From Devosia sp. (lineage in GTDB: Bacteria; Pseudomonadota; Alphaproteobacteria; Rhizobiales; Devosiaceae), in NCBI RefSeq assembly GCF_017307495.1, contig NZ_JAFKHE010000017.1, positions 37,087 through 101,086 of the forward strand: DNA of 64,000 nucleotides. The letters run 5' to 3'. Made by a program: the position numbers and the translations under genes. The notes below the pieces were generated by a model that did no database searches, was not told where the DNA came from, and worked only from the letters and a program-made list of their open reading frames with translations. Every line of letters starts with the position of its first letter. Positions within the stretch are counted from its first letter, which is position 1. Shown here piece after piece: positions 42,382 through 52,139 of this stretch.

Positions 42382-43326
42382 TTACAGGCCGGCGACCTTG
42401 AGCTGGGCGGCGGCGGTGGTGATCTCCACCGAGCCGTTGGCGCTGGCGACGCCGTTGAGGATCTTGCGCGAGACGGTGTTCATCACCTGGACCGCCTGGC
42501 CGGGGACGGCATCGCCGAGCGACTGGCCGAGCACGGTGAGGGTCAGCGGACCGTTGCGGAGCAGAACGGTGACCTGGGTGTTGCGGCGCACGGCGAGCGG
42601 TTCGGTGACGTCGGCGGCCTTGAGCATGACGCCGGCGCGCGCGGCACGGCGGAGCTGCTTGCCGACGAGCTGATCGAAGTTCTCGATCCCCGTGGTGTCG
42701 GCATAATCGAGGGGCACGCGCTTCATCTCGAGGTCGGTGGCGCTGATGATGTCGCCGGCCTTGAGCGAGGCGGCGAGGTGCGGAACCTCGACCATCAAGT
42801 CGATGCGGCCGCTCACATCGACGGGCAACTCGATGCCGGCGATCTGGAAGCGGGCCGAGAAGGCACTGGCGCCGGGCTGGTACTGCAGGCTGGCGAGGGT
42901 GGCCGGGACCGGCACGTTCTCGGCCTTGAAGGCGAGGTCGCCGGTGGCGAAGCGGGCACTCACCTCGACGCCGGGGGCGACGAGGCCGCGGGCCTCCAGG
43001 TCGGCGCGGATGAGGTCGCCGAGCAGGGCCGCGTCGACGATCGTCGCCTGGCGTTCGACGCGTACGCTGAGCACGCCGTCCTGCGCGTAGTCGACGAGGC
43101 CGGCGCGGGCCGCGGCGGCGCGGATCGCCTCGAGGCTGACGATGCCGGTGGTGCCGGGCGCCGGGGCGCGGAACAGGGCGCGCTCGGCCAGCAGGCCGGC
43201 GTCGTCGAACATGTCGCCTACGGTGACGACCGGATGGTTGACCGAGACCTCGGGCTTGAGCGCCGGCGCGGCGAGCGCGGTCGAAGCGAGGAGCGAGAGC
43301 AGGGCGGGGAGCAGGATCTTGTGCAT
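42382..43326 (-). CDS. flgA: Flagellar P-ring chaperone
   Basis: Signal peptide, SAF domain, V.V.NTVSRKIL.G; lies between flgG and flgH. Confidence 0.92.
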   Translation of the reverse strand: MHKILLPALLSLLASTALAAPALKPEVSVNHPVVTVGDMFDDAGLLAERALFRAPAPGTTGIVSLEAIRAAAARAGLVDYAQDGVLSVRVERQATIVDAALLGDLIRADLEARGLVAPGVEVSARFATGDLAFKAENVPVPATLASLQYQPGASAFSARFQIAGIELPVDVSGRIDLMVEVPHLAASLKAGDIISATDLEMKRVPLDYADTTGIENFDQLVGKQLRRAARAGVMLKAADVTEPLAVRRNTQVTVLLRNGPLTLTVLGQSLGDAVPGQAVQVMNTVSRKILNGVASANGSVEITTAAAQLKVAGL

Positions 43327-43340
43327 CTATGGTCTCCCGG

Positions 43341-44126
43341 TCAGCGCAGCTGCGTCGTCGACTGCATCATCTCGTCGGCGCCGGAGATGACGCGGGCGTT
43401 CATCTCGTAGGCGCGCTGGGCGGCGATGAGGTCGGCAATCTCGGTGACCGAGTTGACGTTGGAGGCTTCGAGGTAGCCCTGCAGCAGGTCGCCGATGCCG
43501 TCAGTGGTCGGCGCGCCGACCTGGGCGGGGCCGCTCGAGGCGGTCTCGACGAACAGGTTGTTGCCGGCCGAGGCGAGGCCGGCCTTGTTGACGAAGCGGG
43601 CGAGCTGGAGCTGGCCGACCTGGGTCGGCGTGGTGGCGTTGTCGAGATAGACCTCGACCACGCCATCGGCGCTGACCTGGACCTGGTTGGCGTTGCCGGG
43701 GATGGTGATGCCGGGTTGCACGGCATAGCCGTCGACCGTCACCAGCTGGCCATCCGGGCCGCGCTCGAACGAGCCGTCGCGGGTGTAGCCGGTGCGACCG
43801 TCGGGCATCTGGACGACGAAGAAGCCTTCGCCGCGCACCGCGAGGTCGAGTTCCTTCTCGGTGAGTTCGGGCGTGCCCTGGCTCATGATGCGCGGGGTCG
43901 CGGCGGTGCGGACACCCGAGCCGATCTCGATGGCGACCGGCGCCATGGTGCCGCTCTCGGAGGTGGTGGAGCCGGCCTGCCGATAGGCCTGGTAGAGCAG
44001 GTCCTGGAACTCGGCGCGCGCCTTCTTGTAGCCGGTGGTGCGCATGTTGGCGATGTTGTTGGAAATGACTTCGACGTTGCGCTCCTGCGCGGCCATTCCC
44101 GATGAAGCGATGTAGAGGGCTTTCAT
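43341..44126 (-). CDS. flgG: Flagellar distal rod protein
   Basis: MKALYIASSGMAAQ, NIANMRTTGYK, YLEASNVN..QRAYEMNARVI. Confidence 0.97.
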   Translation of the reverse strand: MKALYIASSGMAAQERNVEVISNNIANMRTTGYKKARAEFQDLLYQAYRQAGSTTSESGTMAPVAIEIGSGVRTAATPRIMSQGTPELTEKELDLAVRGEGFFVVQMPDGRTGYTRDGSFERGPDGQLVTVDGYAVQPGITIPGNANQVQVSADGVVEVYLDNATTPTQVGQLQLARFVNKAGLASAGNNLFVETASSGPAQVGAPTTDGIGDLLQGYLEASNVNSVTEIADLIAAQRAYEMNARVISGADEMMQSTTQLR

Positions 44127-44137
44127 GGTGTCTCCGA

Positions 44138-44875
44138 TCAGGCGTTGAGGCTGCCGAGTTTCTGGATGGCGGTGCGGCGCTGGTCGTCCTGCTTCTGCAT
44201 CAGCGAGGCGACGCTCTCGTAGGCGCGCTGCACGCGGATCATGTCGCTCATCTCGAGGATGCCCGAGACGTTGGACTTCTCGATCGAGCCCTGGACGACG
44301 GTGGTCGCGGTGGCGGGGACGGGGGTGCCGCCGGTCCACAGGTTGTTGCCGAAGCGCTCCACCGTCTGCGGATCGGCGAACTCGACGAGGCGCAGGGTGC
44401 CCTTGACGCCGGCGGACGACGAGATCGTGCCGTCGGAGCTGACCGAGATGTCGGTCTCGGTGGCGTCGAAGTCGATGGGGCCGGCGTTGCCCAGGATCGG
44501 GTAGCCGCTGGGATCCACCAGGACCCCGTCCGGGCTGATGCCGAGGCTGCCGGCCTTGGTGTAGCGCTCGCCCTGCGGCGTCTGGACGACGAGGAAGCCC
44601 TCGCCCTGCAGCGCGACATCGAGCGGGTTGCCGGTGTCGAGCAGCGGGCCGCTCGACAGGTCGTGAACCGTGGTCCAGTCGTTGGTGTAGCTCAGCGGCT
44701 GGTCGGCGAACGAGAAGTCGCGGTCGCGGGCGACCGGCATCTGGTATTCCTCGAACAGCAGGCGCTCGGCCTTGAAGCCGGTCGTGTTCAGGTTGGCCAT
44801 GTTGTTGGCCACCACGTCCATCTGTCGCTGAAGCGCAATCTGCCGCGACAGGCCAATGAGCTGCGCATTTTCCAT
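44138..44875 (-). CDS. flgF: Flagellar proximal rod protein
   Basis: VANNMANLNTTGFK, TGNPLDVAL.GEGF, EKSNV. Confidence 0.94.
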   Translation of the reverse strand: MENAQLIGLSRQIALQRQMDVVANNMANLNTTGFKAERLLFEEYQMPVARDRDFSFADQPLSYTNDWTTVHDLSSGPLLDTGNPLDVALQGEGFLVVQTPQGERYTKAGSLGISPDGVLVDPSGYPILGNAGPIDFDATETDISVSSDGTISSSAGVKGTLRLVEFADPQTVERFGNNLWTGGTPVPATATTVVQGSIEKSNVSGILEMSDMIRVQRAYESVASLMQKQDDQRRTAIQKLGSLNA

Positions 44876-44942
44876 GGCGCACGGTCCCCGTTAGTCCCCG
44901 AGCCGTCCGACCTCCCCAGGCCGTCGGGCTCGTCGTTAACAC

Positions 44943-44959
44943 TGCAGCAACCATGCCAG
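44943..44959 (-). promoter_or_regulatory. sigma54 -24/-12 promoter of flgFGAH
   Basis: Minus strand CTGGCATGGTTGCTGCA against consensus YTGGCACGRNNNTTGCW, with exact GG/GC spacing. Confidence 0.82.
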
Positions 44960-44976
44960 GTGCGTAACTGCATAGA

Positions 44977-44989
44977 TTTCAATGACTTA
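44977..44989. promoter_or_regulatory. Putative IHF site
   Basis: TTTCAATGACTTA, one mismatch to WATCAANNNNTTR, between the sigma54 promoter and the enhancer. Confidence 0.55.
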
Positions 44990-45033
44990 TGGCGCATCGC
45001 GGGGTGGGGTGAATGTGCCGGGTGCGGTACGAA

Positions 45034-45061
45034 GGCAAATACTGCCCGGCAAAAACTGCCC
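45034..45061. promoter_or_regulatory. Tandem GGCA-N5-TGCC palindromes (ftr-like enhancer)
   Basis: GGCA-AATAC-TGCC-C-GGCA-AAAAC-TGCC. Confidence 0.6.
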
Positions 45062-45076
45062 GCTTTGGCACAGATG

Positions 45077-45091
45077 GTAACCAATCGTTAA
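45077..45091. promoter_or_regulatory. CtrA-like box upstream of fliL
   Basis: GTAA-CCAATCG-TTAA. Confidence 0.7.
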
Positions 45092-45150
45092 CCCTGGCCC
45101 GATTAGCTCGATGGTGACCGGAATCGTCCGGCGGGGCAGGGGTTTGGGGC

Positions 45151-45636
45151 ATGGCTGTCGAGGCCGAGGTCGAGGGTGGCGAAGTCGCCGCGCCCGCAAA
45201 GAAGAAGCTGCCCATCATGCTGATCGCCATGGTCGTCGCGGCGGTGGTGCTGCTGGGCGGCGGGGCGGCGGCCTACCTGCTGCTGTTCTCGGGGCCGAAG
45301 GCGGAGGACACCCACCTTGCCGCGATGCCGCAGACCTTCATCTTCAACCTGCCGACCATGACGGTGAACCTGCGCGGCGACGGCGGCAAGGAGCAGTTCA
45401 TGAAGCTGACCGTCGCGCTCGAAGTCGCCAATGAAGAGGTGATGACGGAAATCCAGCCGCGCATGGCCAAGGTGGTCGATGCCTTCCAGGTGTACCTGCG
45501 CGAACTGCGGAAATCCGACCTCGAGGGGTCGGCGGGCATCTACCGGCTGAAGGAAGAGCTGCGCCGGCGCGTCAACATCGCGATCTTCCCCGCCCAGGTG
45601 GAGTCGATCCTGTTCAAGGAAATCCTGGTGCAATAA
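45151..45636 (+). CDS. fliL: Flagellar basal body protein FliL
   Basis: N-terminal TM helix, LPTMTVNL, FQVYLRELR..DL.GSAG..RLKEEL. Confidence 0.95.
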   Translation: MAVEAEVEGGEVAAPAKKKLPIMLIAMVVAAVVLLGGGAAAYLLLFSGPKAEDTHLAAMPQTFIFNLPTMTVNLRGDGGKEQFMKLTVALEVANEEVMTEIQPRMAKVVDAFQVYLRELRKSDLEGSAGIYRLKEELRRRVNIAIFPAQVESILFKEILVQ

Positions 45637-46784
45637 TGCCCGGCGAACAGGACAAGCTCAGCGACGACTGGGGCCTCCGCCAGGCCGGGGCCGCCACGCC
45701 GGCGGCCGGCGCCGACGACGGCATCGGGGCCGAGTGGGCCGCCATGCTGCAGCAGGACGGCGCCGACGCGGCCGCCGACCGGGTGCTGAACCAGGACGAG
45801 ATCGACAGCCTGCTGGGCTTCGACCCCAATGCCGGGGCCAGCGCCGAGCTGTCGGGCGTGCAGGCGCTGATCAACTCGGCGCTGGTCTCGTACGAGCGCC
45901 TGCCGATGCTCGAGATCGTGTTCGACCGGCTGGTGCGGCTGGCGACCACGAGCCTCAGGAACTTCACCTCGGACAATGTCGAGGTGGCGATGGACTCGAT
46001 CTCCTCGGTGCGCTTCGGCGACTATCTCAACTCCATTCCGCTGCCGGCCATCCTGTCGGTGATCAAGGCGGAGGAGTGGGACAATTACGGGCTGCTGACC
46101 GTCGACAGCTCGCTGATCTACTCGATGATCGACGTGCTGCTCGGCGGCCGCCGCATGGCCGGGCAGATCCGGGTCGAGGGACGGCCCTACACCACCATCG
46201 AGATGGCGCTGGCGCGGCGGATGATCGAGATCATCCTCGACGACACGCACCGCGCCTTCGAGCCGGTGACCGACGTCAACTTCCGCATCGAGCGGCTGGA
46301 GACCAATCCGCGCTTCGCCGCGATCTCGCGCCCGGCCAACGCGGCGATCCTGATCGAACTCCGGATCGAGATGGACGATCGCGGCGGCAAGATCGAAATC
46401 CTGCTGCCCTATGCCACGATCGAGCCCATCCGCGAGCAGCTGCTGCAGATGTACATGGGCGAGAAGTTCGGCCGCGATCCGATCTGGGAAGGCCACCTCG
46501 CCACCGAAATCCATGCGGCCGACGTCGAGGTCACGGCGGTGCTGCACGAGATGGACCTGCCGCTCAACCGGGTGCTGAACCTGCAGCCCGGCGAGACCGT
46601 GATGTTCGACCGCACGCCGTCCGATCCGGTGCTGCTGCGCTGCGGCGATGTCGAGCTCACCGAGGCGGTGATGGGCCATATCGGCAACAACGTGTCGGTG
46701 CGCGTGGCGCGGCCGCTCAACCCACCCAAAGTGACGATGGCCACCTTCGAAGCCATCGATGAGAACAAGATGGAGCAACGCTGA
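45636..46784 (+). CDS. fliM: Flagellar motor switch protein FliM
   Basis: RVLNQDEIDSLLG, YERLPMLEIVFDRLVR, RLETNPRFA, C-terminal SPOA domain. Confidence 0.96.
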   Translation: MPGEQDKLSDDWGLRQAGAATPAAGADDGIGAEWAAMLQQDGADAAADRVLNQDEIDSLLGFDPNAGASAELSGVQALINSALVSYERLPMLEIVFDRLVRLATTSLRNFTSDNVEVAMDSISSVRFGDYLNSIPLPAILSVIKAEEWDNYGLLTVDSSLIYSMIDVLLGGRRMAGQIRVEGRPYTTIEMALARRMIEIILDDTHRAFEPVTDVNFRIERLETNPRFAAISRPANAAILIELRIEMDDRGGKIEILLPYATIEPIREQLLQMYMGEKFGRDPIWEGHLATEIHAADVEVTAVLHEMDLPLNRVLNLQPGETVMFDRTPSDPVLLRCGDVELTEAVMGHIGNNVSVRVARPLNPPKVTMATFEAIDENKMEQR

Positions 46785-47215
46785 TGTTCGGGCTGCCGCT
46801 GGGGATCGTGGTGGAGACGCTGGTTGCGATCCTGCTTGCGACGACAATTGGTTATTGCGTGATGCTCAACCAGCGCCTGAAGCGGCTGCATTCCGATCGC
46901 GGCGAGCTCAGGCAGATGGTGGCCGACCTCGTGCAGGCCACCGGCCTCGCCAACGCGGCGATCCAGGAGCTGAAGGCCACGGCGCAGGAGGCCGAGACGG
47001 TGCTCGAGGCGCGGCTGGGCGAGGCCGAGAAGTTCGGCGTCGAGCTGGCCAACCATGTCAGCGCCGGCCAGCAGATCATGGAGCGGCTGGCGCGCATCAC
47101 CAATGCGGCGCGGGCGCAGCCGCTCGACGACCGGCTCGAGCCCGAGCCCAACAAGGTGCAGTCGGCGCTGCAGCAGCTCAGCATGCGGCCGCGCATCCGG
47201 GGCAACGCCGCCTGA
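46784..47215 (+). CDS. DUF6468-like membrane-anchored coiled-coil protein
   Basis: N-terminal TM helix, LNQRLKRL coiled coil; coupled to fliM. Confidence 0.8.
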   Translation: MFGLPLGIVVETLVAILLATTIGYCVMLNQRLKRLHSDRGELRQMVADLVQATGLANAAIQELKATAQEAETVLEARLGEAEKFGVELANHVSAGQQIMERLARITNAARAQPLDDRLEPEPNKVQSALQQLSMRPRIRGNAA

Positions 47216-48201
47216 TGAAAACGCCGCGCCTCCTGCCGGTCGTCATCGCCGCCGCCACCGCGCTGCTGCTGTTCAAGGGCATCGGGCTGGTGACCAATGG
47301 CGGCTATGTGCTGGTCGGCACGACGGCGGCGAGCGCGGCGGGGGGCGCCGGACAGGGTGGTGCGGCGGTCGATCCGACGATGACGACGCCGCCCGAAGCG
47401 ACCATGACCGATACGAGCCCGACGCTCGACGACAAGGCGCCGGTGCTGCCGCTGCAGGCCGAGGCGGCCGCCGGCGCGGCGCCGGCCGAGGCCGGGCAGG
47501 GGGCGGAGACGCCGGCCCCCGCCGCTCCGGCTGCGGCCGACGACGGGCAACTGCAGGCGGCGTGCCCATCGGAGGGGCCGACCCTGACGGAAGCTGGGGC
47601 CCCGCAAGGCCCCGAGATTCCGGCCGATGCGGCGGCCATGGCGCCGAAGCCGAACTGCATCCCGATCCCGGTCAACGCGCATGGCGATGCCATCGCCATG
47701 GGGCTCGACGCCGAGGGCAAGCTGAGCCCGATCACCGCCGACGAGGGCAGCGAGGCCGACCTGCTGACGCGGCTGGGCGACCGGCGCGGCGAGCTCGACG
47801 CGCGCGAGAAGGAACTCGACATGCGCATGGCGCTGGTCGAGGCGGCCGAGAAGCGGCTCGAGGAACGCACGGCCACGCTGAAGGCGCTCGAGGCGCAGAT
47901 CAATGCGCTGGTCGAGCAGAAGAAATCCGACGCCAAGGAGCAGTTCGCCGGCATTGTCGCGATGTACGAGACGATGAAGCCCAAGGAGGCGGCGACGCTG
48001 TTCAATGCCCTCGACAACGACGTGCTGCTGCGCGTGGCGCGCGCCATGAACCCGCGCAAGATGGCGCCCATCCTCGCCCGGATGGACCCGACGAAGGCCA
48101 AGACGCTGACGGCCGGCCTGGCGCGCGAGGAAGCGGAGCCGACGGCCAACGTGGGTGCGATCGAGGACCTCGCCAGCCTGCCGCAGATCGTGGGGCAGTA
48201 G
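47215..48201 (+). CDS. MotE-like / MgtE N-terminal-like flagellar protein
   Basis: RLLPVVI N-terminus, coiled coil, YETMKPKEAA..F..L..MNPRKMAPILARMDP; TGATG overlap. Confidence 0.82.
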   Translation: MKTPRLLPVVIAAATALLLFKGIGLVTNGGYVLVGTTAASAAGGAGQGGAAVDPTMTTPPEATMTDTSPTLDDKAPVLPLQAEAAAGAAPAEAGQGAETPAPAAPAAADDGQLQAACPSEGPTLTEAGAPQGPEIPADAAAMAPKPNCIPIPVNAHGDAIAMGLDAEGKLSPITADEGSEADLLTRLGDRRGELDAREKELDMRMALVEAAEKRLEERTATLKALEAQINALVEQKKSDAKEQFAGIVAMYETMKPKEAATLFNALDNDVLLRVARAMNPRKMAPILARMDPTKAKTLTAGLAREEAEPTANVGAIEDLASLPQIVGQ

Positions 48202-48238
48202 GGTCTTCGGCTCGCATTCTGTCTCCCGCCTTCGGGCT

Positions 48239-48316
48239 GTCATCCCTGCGGAAGCAGGGACCCAGCCATCCCCCCGCGCGGGCTGCGAGATGGGTCCCGG
48301 CTTTCGCCGGGATGAC
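48239..48316. repeat. REP-like inverted pair, family A (further degenerate half at about 48378-48405)
   Basis: GTCATCCCTGCGGAAGCAGGGACCCA...TGGGTCCCGGCTTTCGCCGGGATGAC. Confidence 0.88.
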
Positions 48317-48485
48317 AGGCGGTGGGTTGGGTTCGGGACGGCATGGTGAAGGCCGGCCCGCGTCGGCACAAAGACAGAGGTTCCCGCTTTGGCGTGGATG
48401 ACCCGGTGGTAGGGCTCCGGCAGCAGGAGCGATGGCGGCGTGGGCGCCCAAATCGCTCGACTTGTCCGGGGTTTGCCCGGCAGGG

Positions 48486-48500
48486 TTAGGCCCCCGTTAA
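48486..48500. promoter_or_regulatory. CtrA-like box upstream of the TPR gene
   Basis: TTAG-GCCCCCG-TTAA. Confidence 0.6.
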
Positions 48501-48555
48501 GCCCGCGTGCCTATGCTCGATGCACCAGAAGTGTGTAGGGCGGGCAGAAGCCGGC

Positions 48556-51500
48556 ATGTCAGCGCGGGTCGCAGATTGGCGCGGGACCATTGTGTCCGCG
48601 GTGCGCAGGATTGCGCTGGCGCTGCTTGTGCTGGCGACGCTCGGCGGGCTGGCGCTGGGCGAGGACAAGGCCCAGATCATCGCCACGCAGGAGAACGGCT
48701 TCGCGCGCATCCTGCTGAGCTTCCCGGGCCGGATGGACCTGCCCAAATACAGGGTGAACTACGAGAACGGCGTGCTTGCGATCGGTTTCGACGAACCGAT
48801 CTCGATCCTGTTGCCCGACATCGCGCTGGCGCTGCCCGCGTATGCGACGATCGCGCGGGTCGATCCCGACAACCGCGGCATCCGCATCGGGCTGAGGTCG
48901 ACGTTCAACATCAACCGCATGGATGCCGGCGAAGCCCTCTATATCGACCTGCTGCCGCCGACCTGGGTCGGCCTGCCGCCGGCCCTGCCGCCGGAGGTGA
49001 TCGCGGCGCTGGCCGAGCGATCAAAGAAGCTGGCGCAGGAGGCCGAAGAGGCGCGCAAGGCCGACGAGGCGAAGCGCATCAACCCGGTCGGCACGGTGCG
49101 GGTAGGGCGCAACCCCACCTTCGTGCGGCTGCAGTTCGACTGGAGCGTCGAGACCAAGGGGGCGTTCGCGCTCAAGGGCACCAAGGGGACCGTCGATTTC
49201 GACTGGCCGGCGCCGCTCGACCTGACGGCTCTCAACGCGCAGCTGCCGGCCGAGATAAAGAGCGCCAGGAACGCCGTCGGCAAGGCCGGCTCCAAGGTCG
49301 AGCTGGTGGTGGCCGACGGGGTGATCCCGCGCTTCTACCAGCTGTCGCCCACCCAGTTCATCCTCGACGTCGACATCGCCCCCGCCGAGGGACTGAAGGC
49401 GGCGCTGGCCGAAGAGGAGAAGCTCAGGCAGGCCCGTGCCGCAGCCGAAGGCGCGGCCAAGGCAGGGGAGATCGCCCGTGCCGCGGAGCTCGGGCTCGAG
49501 CCGGGCGGCGATGGTGCGGCCGATCCGGCCAGCCATGGTCCGGTGACGCCCGTGGTTTCGCTGGTCGGGACCACGGTTCGCATCGCCTTCCCGTTCGAAG
49601 CCGACACGCCGGCCGCCGTGTTCCGGCGCGGCGACGTGGTGTGGATGGTGTTCGACAGCGCGCAGCCGGTGGCCGCGCCGCCGCCATCGGACACGCTCGC
49701 CAGGGTCGCCAGCAATTTCCAGGTCGTCGCGGCGGGCGAGACCAAGGTCATCCGCATGGACCTCGCGGCCGACCGGCTGGCTACGCTGGGGTCGGAGGGA
49801 CGGGCCTGGGTGCTGTCGCTGGGCGACACGCTGCTGGGCGCCACGGAGCCGATGGCGCTCGAACGCAGGCGCGACGAGCAGGGCCGCTACGAGATGGCGG
49901 CGAACCTCGAACGGCCGGGACAGGTGCACGTGCTGCGCGACCCGGTGGTTGGGGACACGCTGCGCGTCGTCACCATGATGCCGCCGGCGCGCGGGCTGAC
50001 GCGCTCGCTGCAGTTCGTCGATTTCGAGGCGCTGCGCTCGGCCCATGGCCTCGTGATCAAGCCGCGCACCGATGCGCTCGATGTCGAGATCGAGGACAAG
50101 CTGGCGCTGATCTCGTCGCGGGCCGGGCTGACCCTGTCCACGGCCGACGCGTCGCGCAAGCTCGACGCGGGAAGCGCGCCGGCCTTCCGCGAGAGCTATC
50201 TCGACCTCGGCATGTGGCGCGAGGACAACCCCGGTGTGTTCAACCGGCGCAAGGAAGAGGCGATCGCCAAGGCCGCCTCGGCCGAGGGACGGCTGCGGGA
50301 CGTGGCGCGGCTCGAGCTGGCGCAGCTCTATCTCGGCAACCAGCTGTCCTACGAGGCGATCGGGGTGCTCGACGTGCTCGAGTCCGAGCTCAAGAGCGAC
50401 GACCTGCGCAAGAAGATCCAGCTGGTGCGGGCCATTTCCGACACGCTGGCGGCGCGGCCGAAGGAGGCGCTGCGCATCCTCAGCAACGGGACGTTCCCCG
50501 ACGAGAGCGATGCGCTGATGTGGCGGACCATCGCCCGGGCCGATGCCGGCGATTTCCGCGGGGCGCGCAGCGACGCGGTCGCGGCCGAGGGGATCGTGCC
50601 GACCTACCCGGTGTGGATCCAGACCAAGTTCCTGTTCGCCGGCATGCGGGCAGCGGTGGAGACGGGTGACCAACAGCTGGCCCTGCGGCTCGCCGGCCGG
50701 GTCGCCTTTCCCAAGCTCGACCCCGAGGAGGTCAGCCTCTTCCAGCTGATGCAGGGCCGCATGGCGGAACTCGGGGGGAACGACAACGACGCGCTCGAGA
50801 GCTATGGCACGGTGATCGCCGCCGACTTCCGCCCGACGCGGGCCGAGGCGGTGTACCGGACGCTGCTGCTGCTGAAAAAGAGCGGCAAGGTCGATCTCGA
50901 CAAGGCGACCGAGACGCTGGCGGCAGAGGTGCTGACCTGGCGCGGCACGGCGCTGGAGGCGGACATGCAGAAGCTCCTCGCCGAGCTCTACTTCGCCAGG
51001 CACGCCTACCGCGAGGGTTTCATCGCGACGCGTGAAGCGGCAGCCAGCTTCCCCGACAACGTGAAGATCGACGAGTTGCTCAGCGAAGCACAGGCGACGT
51101 TCGAGGACCTGTACCTGAACGGCGCCGCCGACAAGCTGAGCGACCTCGACGCGCTGGCGCTGTACTACGATTTCCGCCAGCTGACCCCGCCGGGAACGCG
51201 CGGCGACGAGATGATCCGCAACCTGGCCCGGCGACTGGTGAAGGTCGACCTGCTGGCACAGGCGGGCGACCTGCTCGAGTACCAGATCGACAGCCGGCTG
51301 ACCGGGGTGGCGCAGGCCCAGGTGGCGGTGGACCTGGCGCTGATCCGCATTGCCGACCGGCATCCCGAGCTGGCCCTCAAGGTGCTGGCGCGCACGCGGC
51401 TCGCCGACCTGCCGCCGCAGCTCGAGCGGCAGCGACGCATCCTCGAGGCGCGCTCGCTGATCGATGCGGGGCGCGAGGAACTGGCGCTCGACCTGATCTC

Positions 51501-51933
51501 CCAGCTGAAGGGCAAGGACGCGGACTACCTGCGCGTGGACGGCTACTGGAAGGCCAAGAACTACGCCCAGGCCTCGGAACTGCTCGAGGTGCTGAACACG
51601 CCGGCCAGCGGCGCGCCGCAGATGCGGCAGGACGCGCGGATGAGCGTGGTGAAGGCGGCGGTCGGCTTCGTGCTGGCGGGCGACAAGCTGGGGCTGTCGC
51701 GCCTGCGCTCGAAGTTCTCCGAGCAGATGGCGCAATCGGCCGAGTGGCCGCTGTTCGAATACGTGACGCGCGACATCGCCCCGCAGTCCAACGAGTTCCG
51801 CAAGCTCGCGCAGGACATCGCCAGCGCGGATTCGCTCGACGCGTTCATCAACTCGTACCGCGAGCTCTATGGCAAGGCGGCGGAACTGGCCCCGGCAAAG
51901 GCCGCGGCCAAGGGCGGCGCGCCGAGCGCGTAG
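48556..51933 (+). CDS. Large exported TPR-like protein in the flagellar cluster
   Basis: Signal peptide, beta-rich N-terminal repeats, helical-repeat C-terminal half; start at 48520 or 48556. Confidence 0.85.
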   Translation: MSARVADWRGTIVSAVRRIALALLVLATLGGLALGEDKAQIIATQENGFARILLSFPGRMDLPKYRVNYENGVLAIGFDEPISILLPDIALALPAYATIARVDPDNRGIRIGLRSTFNINRMDAGEALYIDLLPPTWVGLPPALPPEVIAALAERSKKLAQEAEEARKADEAKRINPVGTVRVGRNPTFVRLQFDWSVETKGAFALKGTKGTVDFDWPAPLDLTALNAQLPAEIKSARNAVGKAGSKVELVVADGVIPRFYQLSPTQFILDVDIAPAEGLKAALAEEEKLRQARAAAEGAAKAGEIARAAELGLEPGGDGAADPASHGPVTPVVSLVGTTVRIAFPFEADTPAAVFRRGDVVWMVFDSAQPVAAPPPSDTLARVASNFQVVAAGETKVIRMDLAADRLATLGSEGRAWVLSLGDTLLGATEPMALERRRDEQGRYEMAANLERPGQVHVLRDPVVGDTLRVVTMMPPARGLTRSLQFVDFEALRSAHGLVIKPRTDALDVEIEDKLALISSRAGLTLSTADASRKLDAGSAPAFRESYLDLGMWREDNPGVFNRRKEEAIAKAASAEGRLRDVARLELAQLYLGNQLSYEAIGVLDVLESELKSDDLRKKIQLVRAISDTLAARPKEALRILSNGTFPDESDALMWRTIARADAGDFRGARSDAVAAEGIVPTYPVWIQTKFLFAGMRAAVETGDQQLALRLAGRVAFPKLDPEEVSLFQLMQGRMAELGGNDNDALESYGTVIAADFRPTRAEAVYRTLLLLKKSGKVDLDKATETLAAEVLTWRGTALEADMQKLLAELYFARHAYREGFIATREAAASFPDNVKIDELLSEAQATFEDLYLNGAADKLSDLDALALYYDFRQLTPPGTRGDEMIRNLARRLVKVDLLAQAGDLLEYQIDSRLTGVAQAQVAVDLALIRIADRHPELALKVLARTRLADLPPQLERQRRILEARSLIDAGREELALDLISQLKGKDADYLRVDGYWKAKNYAQASELLEVLNTPASGAPQMRQDARMSVVKAAVGFVLAGDKLGLSRLRSKFSEQMAQSAEWPLFEYVTRDIAPQSNEFRKLAQDIASADSLDAFINSYRELYGKAAELAPAKAAAKGGAPSA

Positions 51934-51980
51934 GGCGTGTGGGCGTGTAGAGAGGCTAGCGGATGGGGCCCACACACCGG

Positions 51981-52057
51981 GTCATCTCCGCGAAAGCGGG
52001 GATCTCCGTTTTGCCGCACGCACCGAAAACGGAGGTTCCCGCTTTCGCGGGAATGAC
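51981..52057. repeat. REP-like inverted pair, family A
   Basis: GTCATCTCCGCGAAAGCGGGGATCTCCGTTTT...AAAACGGAGGTTCCCGCTTTCGCGGGAATGAC. Confidence 0.9.
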
Positions 52058-52139
52058 CCCGTGATTTGCTGCAGAGACCTGGACTGGTCCTGGGACGAAG
52101 GTCCTCCCTCCAAGGACCACGGACGTACTCGTTGCTTGC

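Noticed and set aside
45066-45082. Plus-strand TGGCAC as a sigma54 promoter for fliL
   Set aside because: There is no GC at the -12 position (the sequence reads AA)
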